A DNA stretch of 64,000 bases from Candidatus Oxydemutator sp. (lineage in GTDB: Bacteria > Pseudomonadota > Gammaproteobacteria > Poriferisulfidales > Oxydemutatoraceae), in the NCBI GenBank assembly GCA_965203445.1, contig OZ241883.1, forward strand, positions 2,272,001 to 2,336,000. Reading direction: 5' to 3'. Numbering within the stretch: the first letter of the stretch is position 1; the number at the start of each line of letters is the position of its first letter. Of the stretch, positions 7,605-16,800 are shown piece by piece. The notes beneath the pieces are model-generated. The model did not search any database, was not told the DNA's origin, and saw nothing but the letters and a program-made list of their open reading frames with translations. The position numbers were made by a program, and so were the translations under genes.

Positions 7605-10600
7605 GCCCCCGGCGGGCTCTCCCCGCGTTTTGATGGTTTCAGTTGTTGAGGGATTGGCTATACTGGTGATGCGGTCGGCGCCGGTGGCGAACCACCAGAA
7701 CTTGCGGTTTCAGTTGTTGAGGGATTGGCTATACTGGTGATGCCGAAATCCAGGGGCGCGTGCTCGCGCCCGACGACGGGTTTCAGTTGTTGAGGGATTG
7801 GCTATACTGGTGATGCAGAGGTTTCCTTTGCCGAGTTGGACAAGCGTTGGGGTTTCAGTTGTTGAGGGATTGGCTATACTGGTGATGCGCTTGTGCCAAC
7901 GCCTGCGCACGCGGCGCATTGATGTTTCAGTTGTTGAGGGATTGGCTATACTGGTGATGCCTTTTGCTCGACGCCCTGCAACATTTCCACGTTCGTTTCA
8001 GTTGTTGAGGGATTGGCTATACTGGTGATGCCGCAGCGCGCCGAAGTTCCGCAGCACCCACTCCACGTTTCAGTTGTTGAGGGATTGGCTATACTGGTGA
8101 TGCCCGGCGCCGGCAGCGCGAGCGGCGGCAGGTCAATCGTTTCAGTTGTTGAGGGATTGGCTATACTGGTGATGCCGACGACGCGCTCTACGACGCGGAG
8201 CTTCATGAGTTTCAGTTGTTGAGGGATTGGCTATACTGGTGATGCGATCGCGCAGATGCCGAAGGCCGACATCTATGGCGTTTCAGTTGTTGAGGGATTG
8301 GCTATACTGGTGATGCCGCAAGGTCAAGACTTCCGCGGCGCATAGCCGACGCCAGGCGCATAGCCGACACGGCTATACTGGTGATGCCGCAAGGTCAAGA
8401 CTTCCGCCCCAGGTTTGTGGATGTTTCAGTTGTTGAGGGATTGGCTATACTGGTGATGCTGTTTGGTGTTGTCGAGCGCGGTGGCAGAACTGGTGTTTCA
8501 GTTGTTGAGGGATTGGCTATACTGGTGATGCATACCCGCCCGGCCAATACCACTATATCCCCGGGTAGTTTCAGTTGTTGAGGGATTGGCTATACTGGTG
8601 ATGCGTCAAGTATGGGCGTTCGACGGCCTCCAGCCTATGTTTCAGTTGTTGAGGGATTGGCTATACTGGTGATGCACGGCGCAGGGGAAAACGCGCCTGA
8701 GGTTATGCCGTGTTTCAGTTGTTGAGGGATTGGCTATACTGGTGATGCGGCGCGCTGACTTTGTTCTTGGTCACCTTCGCGGTTTCAGTTGTTGAGGGAT
8801 TGGCTATACTGGTGATGCTCTCACAAACAGTCTGGCCGCGTTTCACATCCCAGTTTCAGTTGTTGAGGGATTGGCTATACTGGTGATGCCGCGTTGGCCG
8901 ACACCGCCGCGCGTGTGCTCGGCAGTTTCAGTTGTTGAGGGATTGGCTATACTGGTGATGCTGATGAAGGCGATTGTGGACATGAGGCCGGCGCCGTTTC
9001 AGTTGTTGAGGGATTGGCTATACTGGTGATGGCCGCGACTGGCGATCAATGCGTGGCGGGGAAGCCGCGTTTCAGTTGTTGAGGGATTGGCTATACTGGT
9101 GATGCTGGGTGTTCGCCAAATCGAAATACGCGGTCAACGCAGTTTCAGTTGTTGAGGGATTGGCTATACTGGTGATGCGAAGTGATCCGCAAGTTCCCCG
9201 CGCACATGACAAGTTTCAGTTGTTGAGGGATTGGCTATACTGGTGATGCCTCCAGCATGGCTTTCTGTTTCGAGTCCAGCCCGCGTTTCAGTTGTTGAGG
9301 GATTGGCTATACTGGTGATGCAGCTCTACACCTCCGTCGTGGCAAATAATGTCCGGAGTTTCAGTTGTTGAGGGATTGGCTATACTGGTGATGCTCCCGT
9401 GCGCGTTCCGCTGGTCGAAAAGAGGCGGCGTTTCAGTTGTTGAGGGATTGGCTATACTGGTGATGCTGTCGTACACGAGCGACGACGGCGACAAGTTTTA
9501 TCGTTTCAGTTGTTGAGGGATTGGCTATACTGGTGATGCATCCCGACTCGTCCGGCAGTCTTTGGGCTCAGGGGTTTCAGTTGTTGAGGGATTGGCTATA
9601 CTGGTGATGCTGCGCTCGGATGGCTGGCGGCGTCGAAGGTCTTGACGTTTCAGTTGTTGAGGGATTGGCTATACTGGTGATGCGCGGGAGGTGATGACGG
9701 CCCTTTCCGAAAACGTGTAGTTTCAGTTGTTGAGGGATTGGCTATACTGGTGATGCATAAAGCAAGGTGTTGATGAGACTATTAGTTTCGGGTTTCAGTT
9801 GTTGAGGGATTGGCTATACTGGTGATGCAATCTCGAAGTGGACATCGCCGACCTGCTGAACGAGCAGTTTCAGTTGTTGAGGGATTGGCTATACTGGTGA
9901 TGCCGTAGCCGCACAAAGATTAAACAGAAAATGGATGTTTCAGTTGTTGAGGGATTGGCTATACTGGTGATGCCGGCGCCGACCCCGCCCCCGGATCCCG
10001 TCCGCGACCGTTTCAGTTGTTGAGGGATTGGCTATACTGGTGATGCGCTGGACCTTCTGCACGAGGCGGCGGTCGGCGCAGGTTTCAGTTGTTGAGGGAT
10101 TGGCTATACTGGTGATGCGTGATGCGCGCTCTTGACCTCTTCTGCGGCGTCGGGTTTCAGTTGTTGAGGGATTGGCTATACTGGTGATGCTTAGAAGTGA
10201 AACAATTATGGTTCGAGGACGCCAGTTTCAGTTGTTGAGGGATTGGCTATACTGGTGATGCGGACGGCACGGCAATCAGAATAAAAGACGTACCGAGTTT
10301 CAGTTGTTGAGGGATTGGCTATACTGGTGATGCCGGTGATAGAGAGAATCAAGAGGGAGGAAAAGTGAGTTTCAGTTGTTGAGGGATTGGCTATACTGGT
10401 GATGCGGCACGTTTGCAGGCACGACCTTGTCGGCGGCACGTTTCAGTTGTTGAGGGATTGGCTATACTGGTGATGCGCGGCTACGCCGTTCGGCCAGGGC
10501 ACCAGGGTCTGTTTCAGTTGTTGAGGGATTGGCTATACTGGTGATGCCGGGGCCGCCGCCGACGTTCCCTTTGTCTCAACAAGTTTCAGTTGTTGAGGGA

Positions 10601-10691
10601 TTGGCTATACTGGTGATGCAGAAAGGCACGCAGAGTTCAGAGATGCTTATCGCAGTTTCAGTTGTTGAGGGATTGGCTATACTGGTGATGC

Positions 10692-10784
10692 CCCATCCCA
10701 AGCCCTTGTTTTACAAGGGCTTGGGATATTTCACAGGGGGCAGAATTTTCGCAAGTAGAGCTATTGCACCAAAGCACGGCGAAT
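10692..10784. promoter_or_regulatory. CRISPR leader with a long palindrome
   Basis: Lower GC; ATCCCAAGCCCTTGT-TTT-ACAAGGGCTTGGGAT next to the last repeat. Confidence 0.65.
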
Positions 10785-10812
10785 TTGCGAAAAGTAACGA
10801 TTGTGCTACGAT
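10785..10812 (+). promoter_or_regulatory. Promoter of tracrRNA-1
   Basis: TTGCGA-N16-TACGAT with an extended -10 TG. Confidence 0.65.
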
Positions 10813-10819
10813 CATGACT

Positions 10820-10946
10820 CCAGTATAGCCAATTCTTGATACTCTGTAATCATAAAAAAGTATCTTGAACGGACCTCTGCATTTTTGCACGTCTGCCTTC
10901 ACTCGATGAAGGATTAAGAAACCGCCTCCGGGCGGTTTCTTTTTTT
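10820..10946 (+). ncRNA. tracrRNA-1, type II-B (Francisella-like)
   Basis: Anti-repeat CCAGTATAGCCAAT, then CTCTGTAATCAT-AAAAGTAT-TTGAACGGACCTCTG-CACGTCTG resembling the FnCas9 tracrRNA as recalled; ends in a terminator. Confidence 0.85.
10916..10946 (+). terminator. Intrinsic terminator (possibly bidirectional, also serving cas4)
   Basis: AAGAAACCGCC-TCCG-GGCGGTTTCTT plus T-run. Confidence 0.85.
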
Positions 10947-10953
10947 CCGACTC

Positions 10954-11547
10954 TCACAATCGGTCATTACAAAAATTCACGTATTCGCAGGTGCAGCACT
11001 GGGCGACCGTCGCACTCGATTCCGGCTTCAGTCCACGCCGCAGCATCCGCCTGATTTTATCCGCCACCTCTGCAACCAGCCGACGCTTGTCCGCGTCAAT
11101 GTCAATCGTATGCAGAACCTTCCCTTTCCCGACCAAGAATCCGGCCGTGCTCGGCTTGGAAAAATGCTCCTCTAACAGCAAGGCATAAGCCGCCAGTTGC
11201 AGTTGGTCGCCGCGCTTCCCGCGGTTTGCGGAAAGCTTGAACTCGACGGCGTACACCGCCTCGTCGGTTTCCACCGCCATGTCCGCGATGCCATGCAGTC
11301 CCAACGCATCGCTGCGCACCGCCAGATTGTGATGGGTTTTCCCGCTCCGCAAATTGAATCTGGAGAGATTGCGACGCTGCCATAATTTTTCCTCTGCCCG
11401 GTGGAAGTGCTCTCCCTGCCCGACCCAGACGGGGCGATGAAAAGCAACATCGGTCAACTCCATGTAATACACGACCCGCGGGCAGTAGCACCACTGCCGG
11501 ATTAAATTTACCGGAATGCTATATGGCAAGGGTTTCCTCCCAATCAT
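10954..11547 (-). CDS. cas4: CRISPR-associated exonuclease Cas4
   Basis: QWCYCPR, GIAD, VEFK, QLAAYA, CCTCEYVNFC Fe-S cysteines; start may be as far up as 11574. Confidence 0.93.
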   Translation of the reverse strand: MIGRKPLPYSIPVNLIRQWCYCPRVVYYMELTDVAFHRPVWVGQGEHFHRAEEKLWQRRNLSRFNLRSGKTHHNLAVRSDALGLHGIADMAVETDEAVYAVEFKLSANRGKRGDQLQLAAYALLLEEHFSKPSTAGFLVGKGKVLHTIDIDADKRRLVAEVADKIRRMLRRGLKPESSATVAQCCTCEYVNFCNDRL

Positions 11548-11821
11548 GGAAATCGCTCTTTTCGTGGCCGACAAAATAACTCCGCCCCCGCCCGTTGAAG
11601 TTGGTATGCGTAATAAATGCCTTGTCCGCCTGCCCCAGGCTATCGTGCAGGTAGCGTTTAATCGCCTCCAGCTCCGCCAGCGTCAGATACCCCCAAAACA
11701 CCGACTTCTGCACGGCTCTGAGCCCGTGCTTCCCCAACTCCATAAAAACGCGGGCGCGCGTTTTATTGTCTTCCACGTCGTAGCTGACCAGATACTCCTG
11801 CCGCAATGGATAATTCTTCAT
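11519..11821 (-). CDS. cas2: CRISPR-associated Cas2
   Basis: YLVSYDVEDNKTR, VQKSVFWG. Confidence 0.95.
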   Translation of the reverse strand: MKNYPLRQEYLVSYDVEDNKTRARVFMELGKHGLRAVQKSVFWGYLTLAELEAIKRYLHDSLGQADKAFITHTNFNGRGRSYFVGHEKSDFHDWEETLAI

Positions 11822-11830
11822 GCCGCCAAA

Positions 11831-12787
11831 TCACCACTTGAACAAATAAGGCCGATAGTTTTGCTCGCCGTAGAAATGACCGCACAAACGATAAACTTGG
11901 CGCTGGATAATATGTTCCAATTTGTGCTTCTTTCTGCGATACGTGTATTTCTTGGCGCACGTTTTCTGTATTTCCCCTATCAACGCCTTCTTCAGGGCGA
12001 CATCCAGAACCGTTCGCCCCTCGCTGCGGGAGCGCAACTTGACTACGGCGCGATCAACCACCCACGCGCGGTATTCTTCCATGACGTCGAGCACCAGCGC
12101 CATTTTCCCCGGCCGCCGGACGTGCATGACGCCGAGATAAGGCTCCAGCCCGGCGTTGATAATCGCGCTCAGGATATAACTGCTCAACACCGCGTAACCG
12201 AGATTGAGCATGGCGTTGTTGATTTCCCCGCTTCCCCGCCCCTCGCGCCTCGTGAACGAAGCCGAAAACAGCCGCGCTTGCCGCAAACCCTGAAAATAGG
12301 CATTGGCGCCGGCACCCTCGAAACCGAGCAAGGTCTCGAGGTCTCTCGCGTGTGGCGCCTTGTCCGCGTGTGCCCGCAATTCATCGGCGGCGGAGCGCAG
12401 AAACGGATGCCTGTGATATTTGTCGAGATGGTTCAGCACGGCGCGCTGATTTTTCAGTTTTGCGACGACGATCCTCCGCGCCAGCGGCATCGTGTCGCGC
12501 TGGCAAAAAGCCATCTGCGCCTGGCGCACCGCCACCACACCGTGTTGCGACTGTCCCAAAATCGCCGAGTGTGCGACACCGCGAAAATCCAAAAAAAATA
12601 ACTTGATGCCGCGGCTGCTGAAAGCCTCGATCAGATCGCTCGATATGCTGACGCCGCGTTTGGCGATGGAGACGGTGCACAGGCGATTGAGCGGATAGTG
12701 CCTGCTTTCTCCATCCTGCCTGACCACCAAGCGATGGCTGTTCAGCCCCAAAAAAGCCCCATAGTCGCCGATGACAAGGTGTTTCAT
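11831..12787 (-). CDS. cas1: CRISPR-associated endonuclease Cas1
   Basis: LLGFEGAGANAYF, NAMLNLGY, GLEPYLGVMH, LDVMEEYR; 318 aa. Confidence 0.96.
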   Translation of the reverse strand: MKHLVIGDYGAFLGLNSHRLVVRQDGESRHYPLNRLCTVSIAKRGVSISSDLIEAFSSRGIKLFFLDFRGVAHSAILGQSQHGVVAVRQAQMAFCQRDTMPLARRIVVAKLKNQRAVLNHLDKYHRHPFLRSAADELRAHADKAPHARDLETLLGFEGAGANAYFQGLRQARLFSASFTRREGRGSGEINNAMLNLGYAVLSSYILSAIINAGLEPYLGVMHVRRPGKMALVLDVMEEYRAWVVDRAVVKLRSRSEGRTVLDVALKKALIGEIQKTCAKKYTYRRKKHKLEHIIQRQVYRLCGHFYGEQNYRPYLFKW

Positions 12788-12880
12788 GGTGTGATCGTGC
12801 CGGCCAGCCGCGGGCTTGGCCGCGTACTTGACCTGGTCTATAGACCGGTATTATAGTCTATATAACACAGGGAGCAGGCC

Positions 12881-13123
12881 ATGACCAAAGAAAACATCGG
12901 ATCTTACGAGGCGAAAACGAAGCTGCCCGAACTGTTGAGGCGGGTGCAGGCGGGCGAGGCCTTTACGATAACCAGACGTGGCAAGCCCATAGCGGACCTG
13001 CTGCCCAGCCAGGCCGGGGCGCGACAAAAGACGGCGGCCGCCATTGACAACATCGCTGCCATGGGCAAACGGACGGTCTCCGAGCGTCGCCTGAAAGAAT
13101 ATAGAGACAAAGGCCGCGAGTGA
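12881..13123 (+). CDS. Phd/YefM family antitoxin
   Basis: IGSYEAKTKLPELLRRVQAGE.FTITRRGKPIADL. Confidence 0.9.
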   Translation: MTKENIGSYEAKTKLPELLRRVQAGEAFTITRRGKPIADLLPSQAGARQKTAAAIDNIAAMGKRTVSERRLKEYRDKGRE

Positions 13124-13545
13124 CGACCTTCGTGCTGGATAATTCAGTGGCAATGCGTTGGCTGCTCGCAACTCCCAGCCCTTCGGGGCAGAAGTATGCC
13201 GGGAAGGTCCTGCAAAGCATGAAAGACGCGGACGCGCTCGTGCCCGCGCTCTGGCACCTCGAAGCGGCCAATGTCCTGCTCCACGCCGAAAGAGACGGCC
13301 AGATAACGACCGGCCAGGCACAAGCGTTTGTCTCACAACTGAAAAATCTGCCCATTACGATTGATTCACCGACCCAGACAAATTCGGTCGACCGAATTAT
13401 GGCGCTGGCTCGGTCATACAACCTCAGCAGTTACGACGCCGCCTATCTGGAGATTGCCACCCGCAATTCGGTACGGCTCGCCACCCTGGACAGATCGCTG
13501 GCAAAAGCAGCGAGGAAAGCGGGAGTAGGTATCTATCTGAAATAA
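13120..13545 (+). CDS. vapC: VapC/PIN-domain toxin
   Basis: FVLDNSVAMRW, WHLEAANVL, SSYDAAYLE, LATLD; coupled to the antitoxin. Confidence 0.9.
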   Translation: MTTFVLDNSVAMRWLLATPSPSGQKYAGKVLQSMKDADALVPALWHLEAANVLLHAERDGQITTGQAQAFVSQLKNLPITIDSPTQTNSVDRIMALARSYNLSSYDAAYLEIATRNSVRLATLDRSLAKAARKAGVGIYLK

Positions 13546-13561
13546 GAAAGCACCAGTGTGC

Positions 13562-13828
13562 TCAAGTAGTCTTCGCCTTCAGCGGGAACCGCGCAGGATT
13601 TCGGATGATTTCTCTGCTCAGATCAACGTCTATCATCGGCCAGTAATAATGATCCGCAGATAATTGCTCCACTTTAAGGATCGCCTCAACGGGCTGCCCC
13701 TTGAACCAGGGAAAATCCTCGTAGGACAGAAATAACTCCTCATCATGTGCAAGCAGCCATATACCGTGGGTAGATATATGGGTAACTTCAACTTCTGAAG
13801 TAGTCTTTCCAGGCATTGATGAGTTCAT
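13562..13828 (-). CDS. DUF2442 domain protein
   Basis: EVTHISTHGIWL, FLSYEDFPWF, YYWPMIDVDLS, PARFPL. Confidence 0.8.
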   Translation of the reverse strand: MNSSMPGKTTSEVEVTHISTHGIWLLAHDEELFLSYEDFPWFKGQPVEAILKVEQLSADHYYWPMIDVDLSREIIRNPARFPLKAKTT

Positions 13829-16800
13829 TGTGATGGTTCTCTATAGATTTCCAATTCCTTATAACCTATCTCAGTTTCTTCCATCGTTTCATCATCCCTA
13901 AGTGTTGCTCGGGGACCCAGTTTGGTGATAGCCCACGGCCCACTTTTCCCATCAATACGAACCCTATCACCCCGTTTGAATATTTTGAGTATTTTATAAT
14001 TCACTGGAAGTTCTTTATCTATTTCATTTCTTTCATAAACTGGCTGAGACTTATCCTTCCAATAAAACTTATTCGTAATACGAACAGCATCTATTTTATC
14101 TTTTCCATCTTTATTATATTGAATAACCATAACTTTATCCCAAGAAACCGTCCGTCTAAAGTGATGCATGCCTTTTGTATTTTTATCTTTTCTTCGCCAC
14201 ATCTGTTGAACTCCCATGCCCCCTCGGACACCAGGACCCACCCTTACGCAACGAACTGACCGTGTATTCTTGGGGTGTAAAATATGCTCCTGGGGCAGCC
14301 TCAGAAAATAAGAATGCGTAATTGTTCTCTTATCACCGCTTCCATTTGTCATTTCTTTTTTTCTGTCATCCGGCATATCATCGATTTTTTCCCATGCTTT
14401 TTCCATTGCCATCCTGATAGGCTCGGACTGTATATTCCCGATATTCTTTTTTTGAATCTTCTCCAACGGTTTTCTTTGTGTAATCATGCCGTCCAAACAA
14501 CGCAAAGGTTCAGTATCCGTTTTGCTGCATTCGATCTTTCCTTCATTTCTCTTGTCTTCAACATACCAACCCGAAGATTTATCGGGAGCCAACAAATTCC
14601 CTCTGCCGTCTTCTCTTAGATTGATAAAAGCAGGGGCATTTTCCTTCCTTGCCTGCTTACGAACATCACTATTCAAGCGTTTGATCGCTTCCCAATCTAC
14701 ATTTGCTGCCAAGACCACAGCATCAAGGGCATGGTGGAACTCTCTGATGGGATCATCTTTCGCTGGCTCAACAATCACCTTAAACCTTTTCACGGCAATT
14801 TTGGTCTTTATCATAACTTTGATATTCGAGATCTCCCCCGTACTTTTGTCTACAACTTCCACATCGCACCATGGTACATATTTACCATTACCTCTTTTCC
14901 TGTAACACTTCTTCAGTGTCCCAACCAATTTATTACCCTTGACAGATAGCCAATCATTACCTGCTTCCTCATCATTCTTACGATATTTAAGCTTTACAGA
15001 AGCATTAGCACCTTCCAACAATTTACTTAGTTTTTTATCCTTTGAGAAAACATCTTCCAATAACAACTCTAATTCTTGATCAAGCTGTCCTTTTGTCTCA
15101 TAGAGAGTTTCATCTTTCTTTTTTCCACTCGTTTTGCCTTCCTTTACTACTTCAAGGACGAAGTTTTTATTGTTACAGTTCTCTAACCAAAACTGGTTTG
15201 TCCCTACTGCATTATCATCCGGAGTCCCGACAAGCATCACTTTCCCATTATTTTTGTCCGTTCGAATTTCCAGCCAGTCAGTTACCCCTTCATCATAGTC
15301 TTTACAGATAGAAACCTCCCCATCAAATAAATACTCATCCAACTTCAGCTTTGAAAGTTCATATTTGAATTCTTCACCTGCCTTTGTTTTGTATGGATTC
15401 CTAAATCGTATAGCCCGCTTCTGCCGATCCATAAACGGAAACCAGAACCGACGAAGATAAATTGAATCACCTGAACGTATTTTGTGAATCACCTCTGATG
15501 GCAAGTTAAATTCATCCATAAAAGCCTGTTTCAAGAGTTTCGCCCCGAACATGGTGTGCTGTGGGGCAGCAAGCATATCCTCAGGCAGTCTCCTGTCTGC
15601 CTCCAAACGGGATTGAATGAATTTGTGCTTCTCAGGATTATTATTCTCAATCAAAGAAAGGACATTCTTATCCAGAGGCTCCCTCCGGTTGTGCTTATCA
15701 ATATTGCAAATTGAATGACCGATTACTTTATTCCGGGCAATATTTCCCCCACCTTTTGATTTAGGGAACAGATGATCAATATGAGCGTCACTATGCAAAA
15801 ACTCACCACAAAATATGCAACGGCCACCTTGATCCGCCCTAAGCGTGGCCATATCCCCACCCGCCGACTGTTGATACTGTTTCGGCTTGAGCTTCTTCTT
15901 CAGCTTCTTACCTTCACTCTGAGCCAGAGCACTGATATCAAAACGCGCTGTCTCTATACCTACATGTTCAATAGGTATCGGCGAATTTCTGAGGTCTCGT
16001 ACCTCCTGCTCCTTCAACATCTTGCGCACAACAACAGTGATTTTTTCAACTTTCTGCCGTATTGAGGGTGGCGCGTCATCTTTCAATGTTAAAACACGCT
16101 CTTCATGAAGCCTCGCCCATGAATTGCCCTTGGTTTCATCGCGCTCCAAAAGGTTCAGTTTTTGTTCCAGGTGCTTAATACAAAAACCTGCTCTGCCGGG
16201 CTGTTCCCCACAAATAATATCCCTGAGAATATCTTTCTTGCCTCTCGCCTCGTTCTCTGCGGGGAGAACATAGCGATTTCCCCTACTGTTAGTAAAAAAT
16301 TGATTAATAGTTTCCTGATTTTTATTTTTGATAACTCCGTCTAGTTCTTTCACAAACTCCAAACTATTCATCAACTTCTGTATTTCACTCTCATCCAACT
16401 TGTCTTTATTCCCATTGGCACGCCTCACATTCATTTGACGCAACTCAATTTCAAACTGAAGTCTGCGAACGTCTTTCCTGCGCTTTTTAGGGAGATTAAG
16501 TCCGCAACGTGTTCCATCATCGTCAGTAGCTGCCGGGCATTTGCCCATGCTATTGCGGTTGTTGAATCTTTTCTTGCGATATTCACGATTGACTACCTTT
16601 GTTGCTGCCTTAATCCATCGCTTTTTTATTTCTGTAGGGGTAGTACCTGCTCTATGAGCGATTTCACTGGCCTTATTATGAACATCCGCCATTGATTGTT
16701 GCCAATCCTGTTTTATTTTGGCCATAGACAAGATCTGTCTGTTCTGATTGACTTTGCTTTTCTTCAAACCCTGGAAGGTTTCATCCAGGCAAATTTGAAA

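Larger units (their letters stand above)
6832..10691 (+). CRISPR. CRISPR array: 46 full 37-bp repeats GTTTCAGTTGTTGAGGGATTGGCTATACTGGTGATGC, spacers mostly 33-38 bp, interrupted at 7087-7635
   Basis: Repeats counted directly; GTTTCAGTTG start as in the Francisella II-B repeat; leader at the 10692 end, next to tracrRNA and cas4. Confidence 0.99.

Noticed and set aside
6832-10691. Self-targeting spacers
   Set aside because: No match within the window spotted by eye; not tested computationally
6736-10828. Short ORFs with repeated ITSIANPSTTET / VSVVEGLAILVM
   Set aside because: Translations of CRISPR repeats, not proteins
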